Part shown: piece by piece, positions 48,690 to 61,051 of the stretch
How the letters are laid out: each line of letters starts with the position of its first letter
How positions within the stretch are numbered: the first letter of the stretch is position 1
Assembly: GCA_028534125.1 (NCBI GenBank)
Contig: CM052834.1
Coordinates: forward strand, 2,542,001 to 2,606,000
DNA from: Lama glama
Taxonomy: Eukaryota
Reading direction: 5' to 3'
Length of the DNA stretch: 64,000 bases
Made by a program: the position numbers and the translations under genes
The notes under the pieces: model-generated
The model's input: the letters and a program-made list of their open reading frames with translations, nothing else
Database searches by the model: none
Told to the model about the DNA's origin: nothing

Positions 48690-49465
48690 GCTATATTTCT
48701 ACACCTGGTTTCCTATACCTAGTTTCGCATTTTTGCTTCATTTCTCTGTGTATATTTTTTTGAACCATCTGAGAGCGACGTGCAGATGCTGGGAGGCTTC
48801 CTTTCTGAATGTTCCTGGCACGGGGGTGCTCATCCACAGAACTAGCATAGAACCATCACTCAGAGGAAATTTAATGTTAAAACAGTTCCACTGCCTATTA
48901 TACAGTCATTGTTCAAATTTTCTTAATTTTCCTAGTAATAATCCTTCATCCCTCCCTCCCTCCCTCCCTGCCTCCCTTCCTCCCTTCCTTCCCTCAGTCC
49001 AGGGTCTCACTAAGGATTACTCATTGTGTTTACTTTTCATACTTTGTTAGTGTCCTTTCATGTAGAACGTTTTTCTCAGCCCCCTTTTTCCTTTCATGCC
49101 GCTGACAATTGTGAAACGTCCAAGCTAGTTATTTTGCAAAATGTCCCTCAGTTTCAGATCGGTTTGATGTTCCCTCATGGAAAGATGCAGGGTGGACATT
49201 GTCGGCAGCCGTAATTGCACGAATGACGCTGCGTGCTTCTCTGTTCATCCCATCGCGGGGGCGCCAGTGTCGGTTTGTCCTGTCCTCAGGGATGTTTTGA
49301 TCACTTGGCTGAGGCAGTGTTTGCCTGGTTTCTACCAAGACACGGAGACAGCACTGTCCTGTGTAATTGCTGTGTACGCTGCGGGGTGCCACTTTGAGGG
49401 TGTGTGACTGTCCCCTCCGCTGCACCCCCGTCAGTCTTTCCCCCAGTGGTTTTAGCACTCATGGG
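48690..49465 (-). mobile_element. Old L1MC/ME-like 3' fragment
   Basis: ttttgaaccatctgagag; ctagttattttgcaaaatgtccctcagttt. Confidence 0.55.
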
Positions 49466-51239
49466 TACGTGATCTTTTTAAACTTACACAATAACCCTGT
49501 TTCCCACACTTTTACACCAAGAAGACTGAGTCTTAGGGGGATAAAGAGACTTGCTGGTGTCCCCACAGCTGGGAAGGGGCAGGGCTGGGCTGCCAACCCC
49601 AGACTGACTGTCTCTAATGCCTCTACTCTTACTGCTCACGGCTCTGTTCTGTCTGGAGATAGAGACCTCATCCCTTTTGCTCCAGGCAAGACAGGAAGAG
49701 CTGAGATATAAGTGAGCATGTAAGACACAGTTTATTTCAGATCTTGAGTTTCTTTCTTCTTATTCCCTAACTACTTGTTTTCCTGCTGAAGCCCAGTGCC
49801 TCTTGGTTCCTCATTCACTGACCGTTACCTGAAACACAGTGAATAAATGACGCTTTGGTCCAGTGGTCCCTGGATGAAGGAGTTCTGCTTGGATTGGATC
49901 CCGTGATGTCCAGGACTGACCACTCGCCAGAACCACCCTGTCTGATGCAATCACACGTGGTCATGGTCCATTCAGGAGGACACAGCATAAAGCCACGGAG
50001 GTGATTCCAGAGGGCGCCTCTCTGGTGGTGGGGGGGTGGTGCAGTCCCGCAGCCGAGGCGTTGTGTGCTAAGTACCAGAGCACCACTGAGCACCTGCTGC
50101 CCTTGGGAGCCTGAAACGGGGGCTCGAGGGGTCCTGGGGATGGGGGTGAGGAATCTATTTTTCTATTAGTGTCAACCCTGCCAATCAAGAAATGGATTAA
50201 AGAAAAGGTAACAGCCTGCCTGCCTGGTCCTTGGTCCTCCTCTGCTGTCCTCGCCCCTTTCCCTTCTCGGATTTGTCGTAGGGAAGGTGTTGGCGCATTC
50301 TCTCCTTCCGTCGTTGGTTCGTTCTGTCCTAACCGACGTTTGCTATCCTCCCGCGGTGTGCCCAGCACTGGGGGTACAGAGAAAAAAGAAACAGTGTCGG
50401 CCTCGAAGGTGGTCCCAGTTTAGGTTTGGGGTGGGGGGCTGCCATCCAACAACCGTGATGCTGTGTGCTAAGCACCAGAGCAACCCTGCTCGTCCAGTGC
50501 TCCTGGGACACGGAGGAGGGAAGGATCCTTGACGCTGCGTGGGCGTGGGGGGCTTTGCGGGAAAGGTGCGGCCTGGAAGGAACAGGGAGGAAGTATGGGA
50601 GGGAGAGTGGGGCTGGGCAGAGTTGGAAGTGCGATGAGAGGGTTCAGGAGGGGACCCAGGAGCACACCCGATCACAGACTCAGGAGGCACTGGTGTGGCT
50701 GGTGTGACCAGCGGGGCTGCGAGCGCCACCGGCCATTAACAGCCTGGGGCTGGCTACTGGCTGGGCTCAGCACAGAGGCTTAGAGGAAAGCTGCTCCGCA
50801 GAAGCCGGGGGGGGGGGCGGGGATGTTGTGGGGGGCGTGGCGGGGATGCTGAGGGGCAGGGCCACCATTGCTCTGGGGTCCCTAATTGCAGCTCCAGCCA
50901 CGGGAGGCCCTGTGACCTCCCTGCTGGCTGCTCAGCGCACTGCGGGATGGACGCTTGCTTCTGGGATCCAGACTGAGCCCGAATCTTACTCTGCACAAGG
51001 GGATAATCGCAGCACGGGCTGGAAGGGAGGAACTGGTGCTGATCAGACCAAGCTGTGAATAGGCAGTGGGAGGTTGGGGCCACTGTTTTTCTGTTCCTGC
51101 TGCTGACCAGTTCGGGCCAATTAGGAAACGCTGCTTCCCAGTCAGTGAGTTGATGTAATGACTTGGCACAGTGTGGCCCCCTCAAGTGAGCCCCTCTTCC
51201 CTTAACCACAGTTGGCAACAGTCCTGCCAACGATGTGGC

Positions 51240-51440
51240 ATTTTGTGATGCCAGAGTGTTTGACATTATTTACATGGATTACCCATTTAATCCTCACAGT
51301 CACCCGAATAATTAGGTATCATTAAGATGCCTATTTTGCGTAGGAAGAAATGGAAGCTCAGAGAGGGTAAGTGACTTGCCCGAGGTCATACAGCTAACAG
51401 CACAACCAGGCCATGTGATTTCTGAGCCCACGCTGCTATC
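51240..51440. mobile_element. MIR SINE
   Basis: catttaatcctcaca; ggaagctcagagagggtaagtgacttgcccgaggtcatacagcta. Confidence 0.75.
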
Positions 51441-52030
51441 CTATCCATGAGGCCACATGGCCTCTGAGTCTCAGGAGGATGTGACTTGGACAGGAGTTCT
51501 TGCCTTTGTTACCATGAATGACTATGTTATTCATTTCCTTTGTTGTTGTTCATTGGATGAAAAATCCCTTGAGGGCAGGGGACAGGCCATGTCATTCACC
51601 ACTGAACCTCCACTGCCTAGAACCGTCCTTGACACACAGTAGATGTACAGTCCTCTAAGTTCCCCACACCCTATTCTGGTGTTCCACGCTGAGCAGTTAA
51701 CACGCCAGCCCCAAGGATGCGTGTGTCTTTGCTCCCATGGTCCCTTTACAGGAGCTTCTTTCCTGTTCCTTTCTCCTGCCCCTCCACCCGCCCCTCCAGG
51801 TTTAACCCCTGTCCTCATCTTCCTCAGCTGCCAGAGTCTGTGCCTCTCAGCTGGAAAGGATCCTCTAGGCTTTGCAGTTTCTTGTGCCGACCGTTAAGCC
51901 TCCTTAGTGAGACTCTAAGGCCTGGAAGGTAAGGACCAGCCCTTCCACATCCTGCCGTCCTCCCAGGCACAGAGGTCAGGGTCTTGCATGAGCTCGGTAA
52001 CTACTCATGGAGCTGTTGCAAAGTACATGC

Positions 52031-52780
52031 TTGTAGCCACTATGGAGGACAGGATGGAGATTCCCTAAAAAACTAAAAATAGACTTACCGTATGATACAG
52101 CGATCCCACTCCTGGGCATGGGTCTGGAGAAAACCATAATTCANNNNNNNNNNNNNNNNNNNNNNNNNNNNNNNNNNNNNNNNNNNNNNNNNNNNNNNNN
52201 NNNNNNNNNNNNNNNNNNNNNNNNNNNNNNNNNNNNNNNNNNNNNNNNNNNNNNNNNNNNNNNNNNNNNNNNNNNNNNNNNNNNNNNNNNNNNNNNNNNN
52301 NNNNNNNNNNNNNNNNNNNNNNNNNNNNNNNNNNNNNNNNTAAGTGAAGAAAGTCAGACAGAGAAAGACAAATATCATATGGTATCACTTATATGTGGAA
52401 TCTAAAAAAAAAGATACAATTTTATTTATAAACCAAAATAGATTCATGGACATAAAAAACAAACTGCGGTTACCAGGGCAGAAAGGTGGGCAGAGGGATA
52501 AATTGGGAGTTTGGGATTAATAGATACTCACAATACTATATATAAAATAGATAAACAGCAAGGACCTCCTGTAAAGCGCAGGGAAGTCTATTCAATAGCA
52601 TGTAATGAGCTGTAATGGAAAAAATACATGTATGTGTACGTATAAATGAATTGCTTTGCTGTACACCTGAAACTAACATTATAAATTGACTACACTTTAG
52701 TAAAAAAAAAAGGATTAATTTAAAAATAAGAATTAATTTTTTAAAAAATTAAAAAAAGAAAGAATTAATTTTAAAAAGAA
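52031..52780 (+). mobile_element. L1 3' end (ORF2 tail, 3'UTR, A-rich tail), cetartiodactyl type, spanning a 197-N gap
   Basis: aaactaaaaatagacttaccgtatgat...atcccactcctgggcat; agtcagacagagaaagacaaatatcatatg; gggataaattgggagtttgggatt; A-rich tail. Confidence 0.9.
52144..52340. other. Assembly gap, 197 N (sized)
   Basis: Run of N inside the L1 element. Confidence 0.95.
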
Positions 52781-54109
52781 AAGACTTGTAAGGGGCTGGG
52801 GCAGATCTGGAAGGACCAGACCAGGAGTTTTAGTGAGCTGCTGGGGCGGGGCTGACAGCACAGAGCCCGTCCGTGGGGCCTGTCGGAGGAGCCCGTCGGA
52901 GGCTCGGTTCTGGCTGCCCCTTTCTGCCTGGATCCTGGTGTCAATTTCAGAAAGACAGGGGAGGACCTCGAGTCGGGAGGGACAGGAATTGAAAAGAGGA
53001 GAACGATTTGTGCTGTTGAGGTAAAGATAATTGAAAGAGGCAGCAGCGGGACGGGGATTCGGGTCCGGAAAGATGGGGACTGCCTGGAGGAGGTGGGCGC
53101 CCTGCAGTTGGCACCCTGTCTCAGGTGTGGCGTGGGCCGCCCTAGCCACCAAAGACCTGAAACGTGGGTTTGGGCAGAAAACAAACAGTATGTGAGAGTT
53201 CGGGGGGCAGATGACAATGCTAAGCCAATGTGCTTGGGGTTTGGGGAGAGGAGCTACTTACCTCCAGCTCTTGGCAGAGGGAGCCTCACCAAGGGAGCTG
53301 TCATACTGATTTAAAGCCAGAGCCCTCAGGTCTTCGGTGGCTCCATTAGGTACCTGAGTAGAGGCATCTAACTGAGCAGGGAGGGTAGGAGATTTATAAG
53401 CTACGATGTTTGAATGAGAGGTTTGGGGTGTGTAAATTTGGGGGTCTCTTCTTTGTGGCGCTAAGGTTTATTTGGGGGAAAGGATTGGAAATCCATCACG
53501 TTAGAAGTAGCTCCTGTAACAATCAAAGGTCAGACAGTAGTGCAGGGATGGGACGAGAGAGGGCCTCTGGTCCTTCGCCTCGGCCAGGGGTGTTGGCAGG
53601 TTCTCAGAGGGAGGCTAGGATGCAAGGAGGTAACTTTCAGGGAACTTGTCGTGAATGCAGCACTCGCTAATTCAAAGGATCACTGAGCATACAGGCCACC
53701 CAGTGCTCATATAATTTACATATAAGGCCCCTGCGGGTTTTGGAAGTAGCTTTTGAAGGGCACCCAAACTGTCTCATTTTAGTGATATACATGTTTGGGG
53801 AGGAGGTAGGATGAGCTGCGGGTACCACTGAGGTCACGTAACAGAACTTAGGGGGCGGATGCTCTGACCCCAGCTTGAAATACAGCCTGCACGGAGAAGC
53901 CACGGTGCTGAGAACTTCACCGCCAGGCATCACTGGCCCCCGCCCCCCGCTTTCCTCGCATGAAGCTCACAGGATCCTCTTCCTATCACTGGAGGGGCTT
54001 CAAACATTGCCTGGAAGGAGGAGGGGCGGGAACAGGAGACACAAATTCCACCCACATGACTTCTTTTGCCCTGAGAGCAGCCCCGGGTGTGTCTTGTCTC
54101 AGGGAGGCC

Positions 54110-54295
54110 CTGGGAGGAGCCATCTGCCTGGTTTCAAATGTGGGCTCTGCTGTTTCCAGCTGGGGGGCTTGGGGCCCCTCTCTGTGCTTCGACCGCCCAT
54201 CTGTGAACTGAAGATGGTGACAGTATTGACTTGACGGGGTTCTTGTGAGGATGAAATGAGTCAGTGCGTGTAAAGCACTCAGAACAGCTCAGTAC
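54110..54295. mobile_element. MIR SINE
   Basis: catctgtgaactgaagatg; ttgtgaggatgaaatgag; tgtaaagcactcagaacag. Confidence 0.65.
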
Positions 54296-54567
54296 CTGCT
54301 TCCGTCACGAGTCTTCTTTGCCTTCAGGATGGTGGCAGCTGCTGTTCTGCGGGAGTTTCCCATCAGGCCTCGGCCGGGCGGGAAGGAGTCCGGGCGAGGC
54401 TGTGAGAGGAGGCAGAGGTTTCCGAGTTCTCCGTGCCGCAGCTGCAGGTGCCGGAAATGCTCTCTGGCCCTTGTGAGGAAAGAACTAAGATGGAGATGTA
54501 AGAGGTCAGAAGAGGGAAAGAAAATCACAGAAATAGGTCACAGGCTAAGGGAAACCTGGGCCAAGTG

Positions 54568-55088
54568 TTTTTTTAATTCTTATTTGTTTTACTGAAGTGT
54601 AGTTGATTTATAATGTTAGTTTCATGTGTACAGCAAAGTGATTCAGTTCCATATGTACATACATACATATATATTATATATATATTTTTTTCAGTTTCTT
54701 TTCCATTACGGCTCATTACAAGAAATTGAATATAGTTCCCTGTGCTCGACAGTAGGTTTCTGTTATTTATCTATTTTATATATGGTAGCTAGTATTTGCA
54801 AATCTTGAGCTCCCAATTTATCCCTTCCCACCCTCTTTCCCCCCAGTAACCATAAGTTCGTTTTCTATGTCTTTGATTCTGTTTCTGTTTCATAAATAAG
54901 TTCATTTGTGTCTTCTTTTTTCTTTTTTTAGAATTCACATGTGATACCATGTGATATTTTTCTTCTCTTTCTGGCTTAACTTCACTTACAATGACCATCT
55001 CCAGGTGCATCCATGTTGCTGCAAACGGCATGATTGCATTCTTTTTCATGGCTGAGCAGCATTCCATTGCACGCCTACACCGCAGCTT
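54568..55088 (-). mobile_element. L1 3' end, cetartiodactyl type
   Basis: T-rich start; gaagtgtagttgatttataatgttag; ctcccaatttatcccttccc; the minus frame reads KKNAIMPFAATWMHLE, which resembles the L1 ORF2 C-terminus. Confidence 0.9.
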
Positions 55089-55484
55089 CTGAGAGAAGCT
55101 GCCCTGGGACAGAACCTTGCACGTCAGATTCGGTCAGGGTTAACTGAGGGGGTGTTGAGACGCCTTGCCCTGCTGGCTCCCTTCACGACCCGCCCTGCAA
55201 CCCGGCAGCATTGCGGGGTGTTTTAGAGGCAATTTCTGCTTAAAAAAACCCCACACGGCGTGAACTGAGGGAGGCCGAGGCAAATGCTTCTGACAAAGCA
55301 GCGCAAAGCTTGGTTCTGGTTGTTTCTTGATGAGCTGGTCCAGATGAGTAATAGGACAGGCGGAAACTCCAGGGTTCAGCCCCACTGCTGCTGGGGCCAG
55401 GGATCCAGCCAGTGATCGGAATGGCTTGAAAGGAATGTTGTCCCCTGCAGGGACCCTCCCTGATCCTGCATCTCTGAGAGGGCT

Positions 55485-55531
55485 GTGTGTGTGTGTGTGT
55501 GTGCACGTGTGTGTGTGTGTGTGTGTGTGTG
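55485..55531. repeat. (TG)n microsatellite
   Basis: Interrupted tg run. Confidence 0.95.
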
Positions 55532-57033
55532 GTTACTCCGTCAAGTGTGAATCTAACCACCCGCCCCTCCCTTCGCTGGGTCCTAAACTCTCCTTTCTCC
55601 CCTGCCACGGTCTTCTTTCAGGTGCTCGCTGGCTTCTCTTTGGGGAGGTGGCCAGGGCAGACCTCCTGGTGGCTTTTGTCCCCCTGGAGCAGGGGGTGGG
55701 GAGGGCTGGGCTCCTCGGTTTTCAGAGGGAAAGGACGAGGGTGTGCGGGGGGAACAGGTGATGCAGGGATGGCGCAGTGGCGTGGAAGATGGGGGATTTA
55801 AATGTTAAGGGGTGGGTAGGAAATGTATCAAGATATTCTGAGGGCTAAATTTGCGCTGGAAGTTAAATGCATAGAATGCGATGAATCAGAACAAGAGCCA
55901 CTTCAGATCTGAAAGCGGTTGGGTTGCCCAGGCAATACGCAGGCGTTCTGTGGACGGGCTGTCACGAGCAGAAGCCGTTTACATGGCACTTCACCTCCTC
56001 CAATTCTCATCCGCGAGCACCGGGATGTGAGTGATGGCCAGGAGACTGAGGCCCCCGGAGGGCGAGTGGTGTGCTCAGTGTAAGCATGCAGGTTTGCTGC
56101 AGAGCTGACAGGAGATCCTGGGTCCCCCTGCACCAGGTGGCCACCTGCAGGGGCATCATTTGCTCTGTCAGCTTGCCTAGTGATGCCCCGTGCGGGGCAC
56201 TGGAGCTGCCATAGCCTTCAGACACCGGGCCCAGGAGGCAGGTGCAGACACCACCCACAATCACCAACCAAGAGGCTGTGGTGGACCTTCCAGCTTCCAG
56301 ACTTCCGGCCTGGGTTCTCAGCCCCGAGCCTCACAGCTCACTGTCACCTGCTCGTCCTGCAGAGGGACACCACGGATCATCCACAAGCCTGAGCAACTGG
56401 CTTTTCCCTTTTGCCCCCTCCCCACCTACCCTGAGTTTAACCCATCACTGAGCCCTTTCACTTCCGTGTGTTTAAATCCCCGAGCCCCTCCATCTCTCTC
56501 CATCCTTGCTCTGAACACCTGTCTGTTGCTGCCTGGCCTCCTCACACCCACTCTTGATTCCCTCCGATTTCCCCCTGTCTGAAGCGTCACCACGTGTCTC
56601 TCCTGCTGGGACCCCTCTGAGGCTCCCTGTCTCCCCTGACCATCTCCCAGACTCTGCACTGCTTGCCTCACACGCTGCCCTTTGGCCAAAGTGCAGCTGT
56701 GTCCCCTGCACCCCTCGTGCTGTGGATGCTTCAGTGATGAGGGGAGATAGAGAGGTCGCAGGAACGGGCAGGGAGACAGAGAGAGGACGATGTGGACCTT
56801 GGGTCCTGGCTGTGCTGAACCACTTGCCAGCATGAAACTACCCGCTTCGCATGGGATATTCTCAGCCTATAAAGCACTGTCGTCCACTCGGAGGTGGGCA
56901 GGATCTACCAAAGCGAGGCTGGGAACGCAAAGCCTAGTGTGTCCAGACAGCGTGTTTTGATGCAGTGAGCAGACCACAGTGACCCTTAAGAGCCTGGACA
57001 TTTCTTACCAGCCCTGTGACACCGAGCTGGTCA

Positions 57034-57487
57034 TGCTACCGAGCTCAGGTTTGGGTGCTCGCCACTCAAAAGCCAATAATCGAGGGGCAGGTGTGAGTAG
57101 AAAGGAAAGATGCTTTAATCAGAAAAGCCAGCAGTCTGGGGAGAAGGTGGACTCATGTCCCCAGACCAGCTCTGAAGACTCCGCTCAGCTAAGACAGTCT
57201 CTAAAGGGAAAAATGACCCGGGGAGAAACTCAGTGAACCACTGAGGCAGGAGGTTGGGGTCTGGGTCACCTCCATTGCCTGCAGACCGGCTGACTCTGTC
57301 CTCAGATGTTACCCTGCCCACGCGATCCGCCTGCAGGATTGCTAAGGGGGCTGCGGAGGGGAGACGGCTGGTCGTTCTTTAACTACTGAATTCTTCATTC
57401 TTACTTTTTTTCATCGATGAAAAGAACCAACGGCTTAGGCCAGGCATGGTGTGCACTCAGGAGAGCGTAAGTCAGGAGCTAGTTTCA
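57034..57487 (-). mobile_element. Solo LTR, ERV1-like
   Basis: TG...CA ends (tgctaccga...agtttca); ATTAAA on the minus strand near the 3' end; no clear target-site duplication. Confidence 0.55.
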
Positions 57488-60404
57488 ATTGCCTAGTAAT
57501 GTCATTTCTATAATCAGGTTCTTTCAAGGCTAGAGGGGGACAGAAATGGGCAGACAGGAAAGGGGCGAAAGAACTGCTTTTAGTCACTTGATGTGGTGAG
57601 GCTGTGAGCCTTAGTTTCCTCATCTGGGAAACGGGGCTGACAGCTGTCCTACTGTGTGGATGTCTTCTTTTTTAGCTGCACAGCAGGATATGAACCTCCT
57701 TTTTATTTGGGGGATCTTTCACCGAGTGAGCCCCTTCTCCCACTGGGAAGCTGAGGAAGCTGGTTACTCTGACCCCCCCTCCCCCAACACACACCTGCAG
57801 CAAGGGAGTGAGAGGCTCCTGCCTCGGGCCTGCATCTCGAAAATAACGCGAAGATGCAGGCCCAGCTGAGAATCGCGCCAGTCGAGGTGGTGGAGTAGCA
57901 GTGACAAGGACAGTGGAGGCTGTCACCAGGGTGTCCAGCCCAGACTCTCCCCACAATGGGAACTTGGTTCCTTTCTTCCCTGCCTTCAAGGATTGCCTGG
58001 GAGCCGCATGGTCTCCTCCCAGTAAATTCCGTTCATGCCCTTCGGCTGACCGGCCTGTGTGTGTGGCTGGAACCAGGAGTGTTGGCCCCAAAGCCCAGCT
58101 CCTCCGCGGGACGGCTGGGATAAAGCAAGACGTTCAGCTGAAGCTGCTCCGGGGAGACGGCGGGGCAGCTCTGCGGGAAGGGGTGGGGGCCCGGGACTGC
58201 TCTACCCGTGCTTTAGAGACAGCGGAAAATATCGTGGTCAAAATCTTATTAAATATCGGGCAAACTTTGTGATGCTGTGAAAATGCTCTGGGAGAACAGG
58301 GGAACCGTGAGACCACCTCCTCATCCCCCGGTGGAGGACCCTCCCACTCCTCCCATCTGTGCCTTCAGTTTAACTTAAAAACCTAATTGTCAAAAAAACA
58401 AAAAAACAAAAACCCAAGCCAACCCAAGCCCAGAGGGCGACGCAGGCCCACCTCAGTAGACTGCTCGCACCCAGGGGCAGAAGTTTATTTCTGCGCCATG
58501 TCTCACAGGTTAGGACGCGGTGTGGCAGCCTCGGCGGCACTTTAATGAGGCTGAGCCCGGGTCACAAAGACAGCCCGGCAGGCGGGGGGGGCCGAGCTTT
58601 CCCCGGCGGCGGAGACTTGGAAGCTGCCTGCTGGGGCTTGGGCTTCACCTGGGGGGCAGCCCCCGGCCTCAGCCCTTCCCATGCCCGGGGCGGAGGCTGG
58701 GCTCAGTCTGTTCAGCTCCTGGGTCCCCGGGGGGCCGGCCCCAGGGCCAGCGGGAGGCCAGGCTCGGGGCGGTGTCTCACGGTAACTGGTGGGCTTCTCG
58801 CCCCCGGTGCCTGAGCGTGCTGTTTCTCCCACTGTGGACAACACTGGAGCATGAGAGCCTGCAACCTGCTTGCGGGGACAGAAAGGACAGGCCAGGAGCC
58901 CCCACCCCTGGGACCCATCCCCCCTAACTGCCCCCTCGGGGAAAGAGGCAACTGGAAGATACAGTGCTTCATCACAGTGTTGTTTTAAGTTTTTACATTT
59001 TGAAAGAGCAAGTTGTCAGGCAGACATCTGGCAGGCAGAGCCATTAACCTCACGGGAATGAAGGCAGTAGTCCGGGGACCTGACCAAGGCCGCCGCTGGG
59101 GGAGGTAGCTGTCTCTCTGCCTCTGCGGGGAGACACTGCAGGCCTCTGCAGGGGGCGGGGGGTGTGGGGCTCGCCTGGCGCCAGGTGGCTGCATCCTCAG
59201 CACCTCCTCCAAGCCCGTGTGGAGCTGTGAGGCCCCTTGGGGGCAGTGGGGACGCTGGTTTGAGCTGGGATCCGGGAAGTGGTGTGTGGCTGCCTGGAAT
59301 TACGAGCAGCCCAGAACCAGGACCCCCGTTAGCTCTTCAGGCCTCAACTTCCTCATCTGTAAAATGGCGGGGGAGATGCAGTGATGGCCAAACTTTCTTT
59401 GGCAGGTCTACATTTCTCACGAGCCCCTGAGGTGTCAGGCTGCTTGGCTGAGGTTCTGGGATTTGGACCAGAGCCAGTCTTTCCTTTATCAACCCTTACA
59501 AGGGGCAAAAGCTCCTGTCCCTGCAGGTCACGGGACAGAGGCCCCCTCCCTGGAATTGCATGGGTTTATCTTCATGATAAACAAGGAAAGCTGGAGAAGC
59601 AGGTCCCCCATGTCCTACCTGGAAATGAACTGGCCACCAGCTAAGAGCTAAGATCAAGTTGATAAGAGATGCTGAGTGAAGTCACACTGTCTGTGGATCC
59701 CAGACATCAGGCCATCAAAGGGCGAGGCAGCGACTGAGGGCAATTGGATTGCTTAAAAAAAATAAAATAAAATAAAGGCAGAAACCAAAACCCTAGAAGC
59801 TGTTCCAAAAGTATTCCATTTTAATCAAATAAGTTTATTTGATTACACGCAGAGTACCACTGAATTTAAAGGACGTTAATTTCTGTGTTTCTTTCCAAGC
59901 AAACAGCCAGACAATACTAAAGTTTGTTCTTAGAGCCGGAGGGACGGTGGCTGTGAAGGCAGAGGAAGTCATGGTCATGGCCGAACTTGCCTGCGAGCTG
60001 GTAGTTCGACCTTCAGGTCCATCCTCTCAACCTGCATTAACCCCCTCTTCCCCATCCCTCTTACCTCTGTGCAGGTGAGGAAAAGCTAAAGAAGCAGCAG
60101 GGGGCTTGAGCACGTTGATACACTTGGGGAGCCACCAGGAGAATGACGGCCAGCAGCACTGGGGGGCTGGAGGGTGCTCCTGGCGGTGGCGTCGGCTCTG
60201 AGGCGCAGGGATTTGCACACCAGGACAGAGTTTGAAGACTGTGGAAGCCGCCTGCGCCTGTGGGGCAGATCGGGCAGGGTCGGGGATAAAAGGAATCATG
60301 AGGGGACTCGCACACAGCGGTGACCATCTGGAGCCTGACAAACTCCAGGAACCAGAGGTCCGGACGTTGTGAAGGGAACCACCACCCTTCAAACCCATTC
60401 GAAA

Positions 60405-60544
60405 GTGGGAGGGTAGAGCTCAGTGGCAGAGCACGTGCTTAGCACGCACGAGGTCCTGGGGCCCATCTCTAGTGCCTCCATTAAAAATAAATAATAATTA
60501 AAAAAAACCCTAATTACCTCCCCACCTCCAAAAAAAAAAAAAAA
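60405..60544 (+). mobile_element. tRNA-Ala-derived SINE (camelid Vic-1-like)
   Basis: gggagggtagagctcagtggcagagcacgtgcttagcacgcacgaggtcctggg head, then an AAATAAA/ctaattacctcccc segment and a poly-A tail; imperfect flanking duplication aaacccattcg / aaccaacattcg. Confidence 0.85.
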
Positions 60545-61020
60545 CCAACATTCGGGACAGTTGAGGAACCAAGGACAACGCGGCTAAGAAAGGGGGAGGC
60601 TGACACGGAGGTGCCGGGAAGAGGCCCTACACGGACCCTATCTATGAGGGTCGCCAGGCACAAGCAAGGAAGGCAGCAGGGAGGTGGAGGTTTTGTCAAG
60701 TGCCATTCACTTTGTACTTTATCAGGTGCACAAAATTAAAAGCAGGCCGACGTTCTCCTTGCCATCAAGAAAGGTTTCTGGGCCACCTTTCCCCACTGCT
60801 GTTTCCTGGATATACTAATTTTAACAGAACCCTGAGCAAAAGCTCCACCCCCCCCCACACCCATAAAATGGTACTGCTTGCAGATTCTCCATAGTTTCAT
60901 CGGTGTTTCTCCCCTCTCACTGTGGGACACGGTTGATATATCAGGTGGCAGAGAAAATTTAGCTGAAGGGGTTTCCAGACTCTGATGCGTAGAAGCAGGT
61001 GTTCAGGTGTGGTAAGGTGA

Positions 61021-61051
61021 TGTGTGTGTGTGGGTGTGTGTGTGTGTGTGT
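61021..61051. repeat. (TG)n microsatellite
   Basis: tg run. Confidence 0.9.

Noticed and set aside
52144-52340. The second gap as a misjoin
   Set aside because: Both flanks are consecutive L1 sequence, and the 197-N length is about what I recall for the missing L1 segment.
52790-53630. Possible ERV/LTR-derived segment (also about 49810-50100)
   Set aside because: The composition is suggestive, but I could not define ends or a family without a repeat search.
60405-60480. Functional tRNA-Ala gene
   Set aside because: The T-loop/B box is degenerate (ggggcccatc) and a poly-A tail follows, so it is a SINE.
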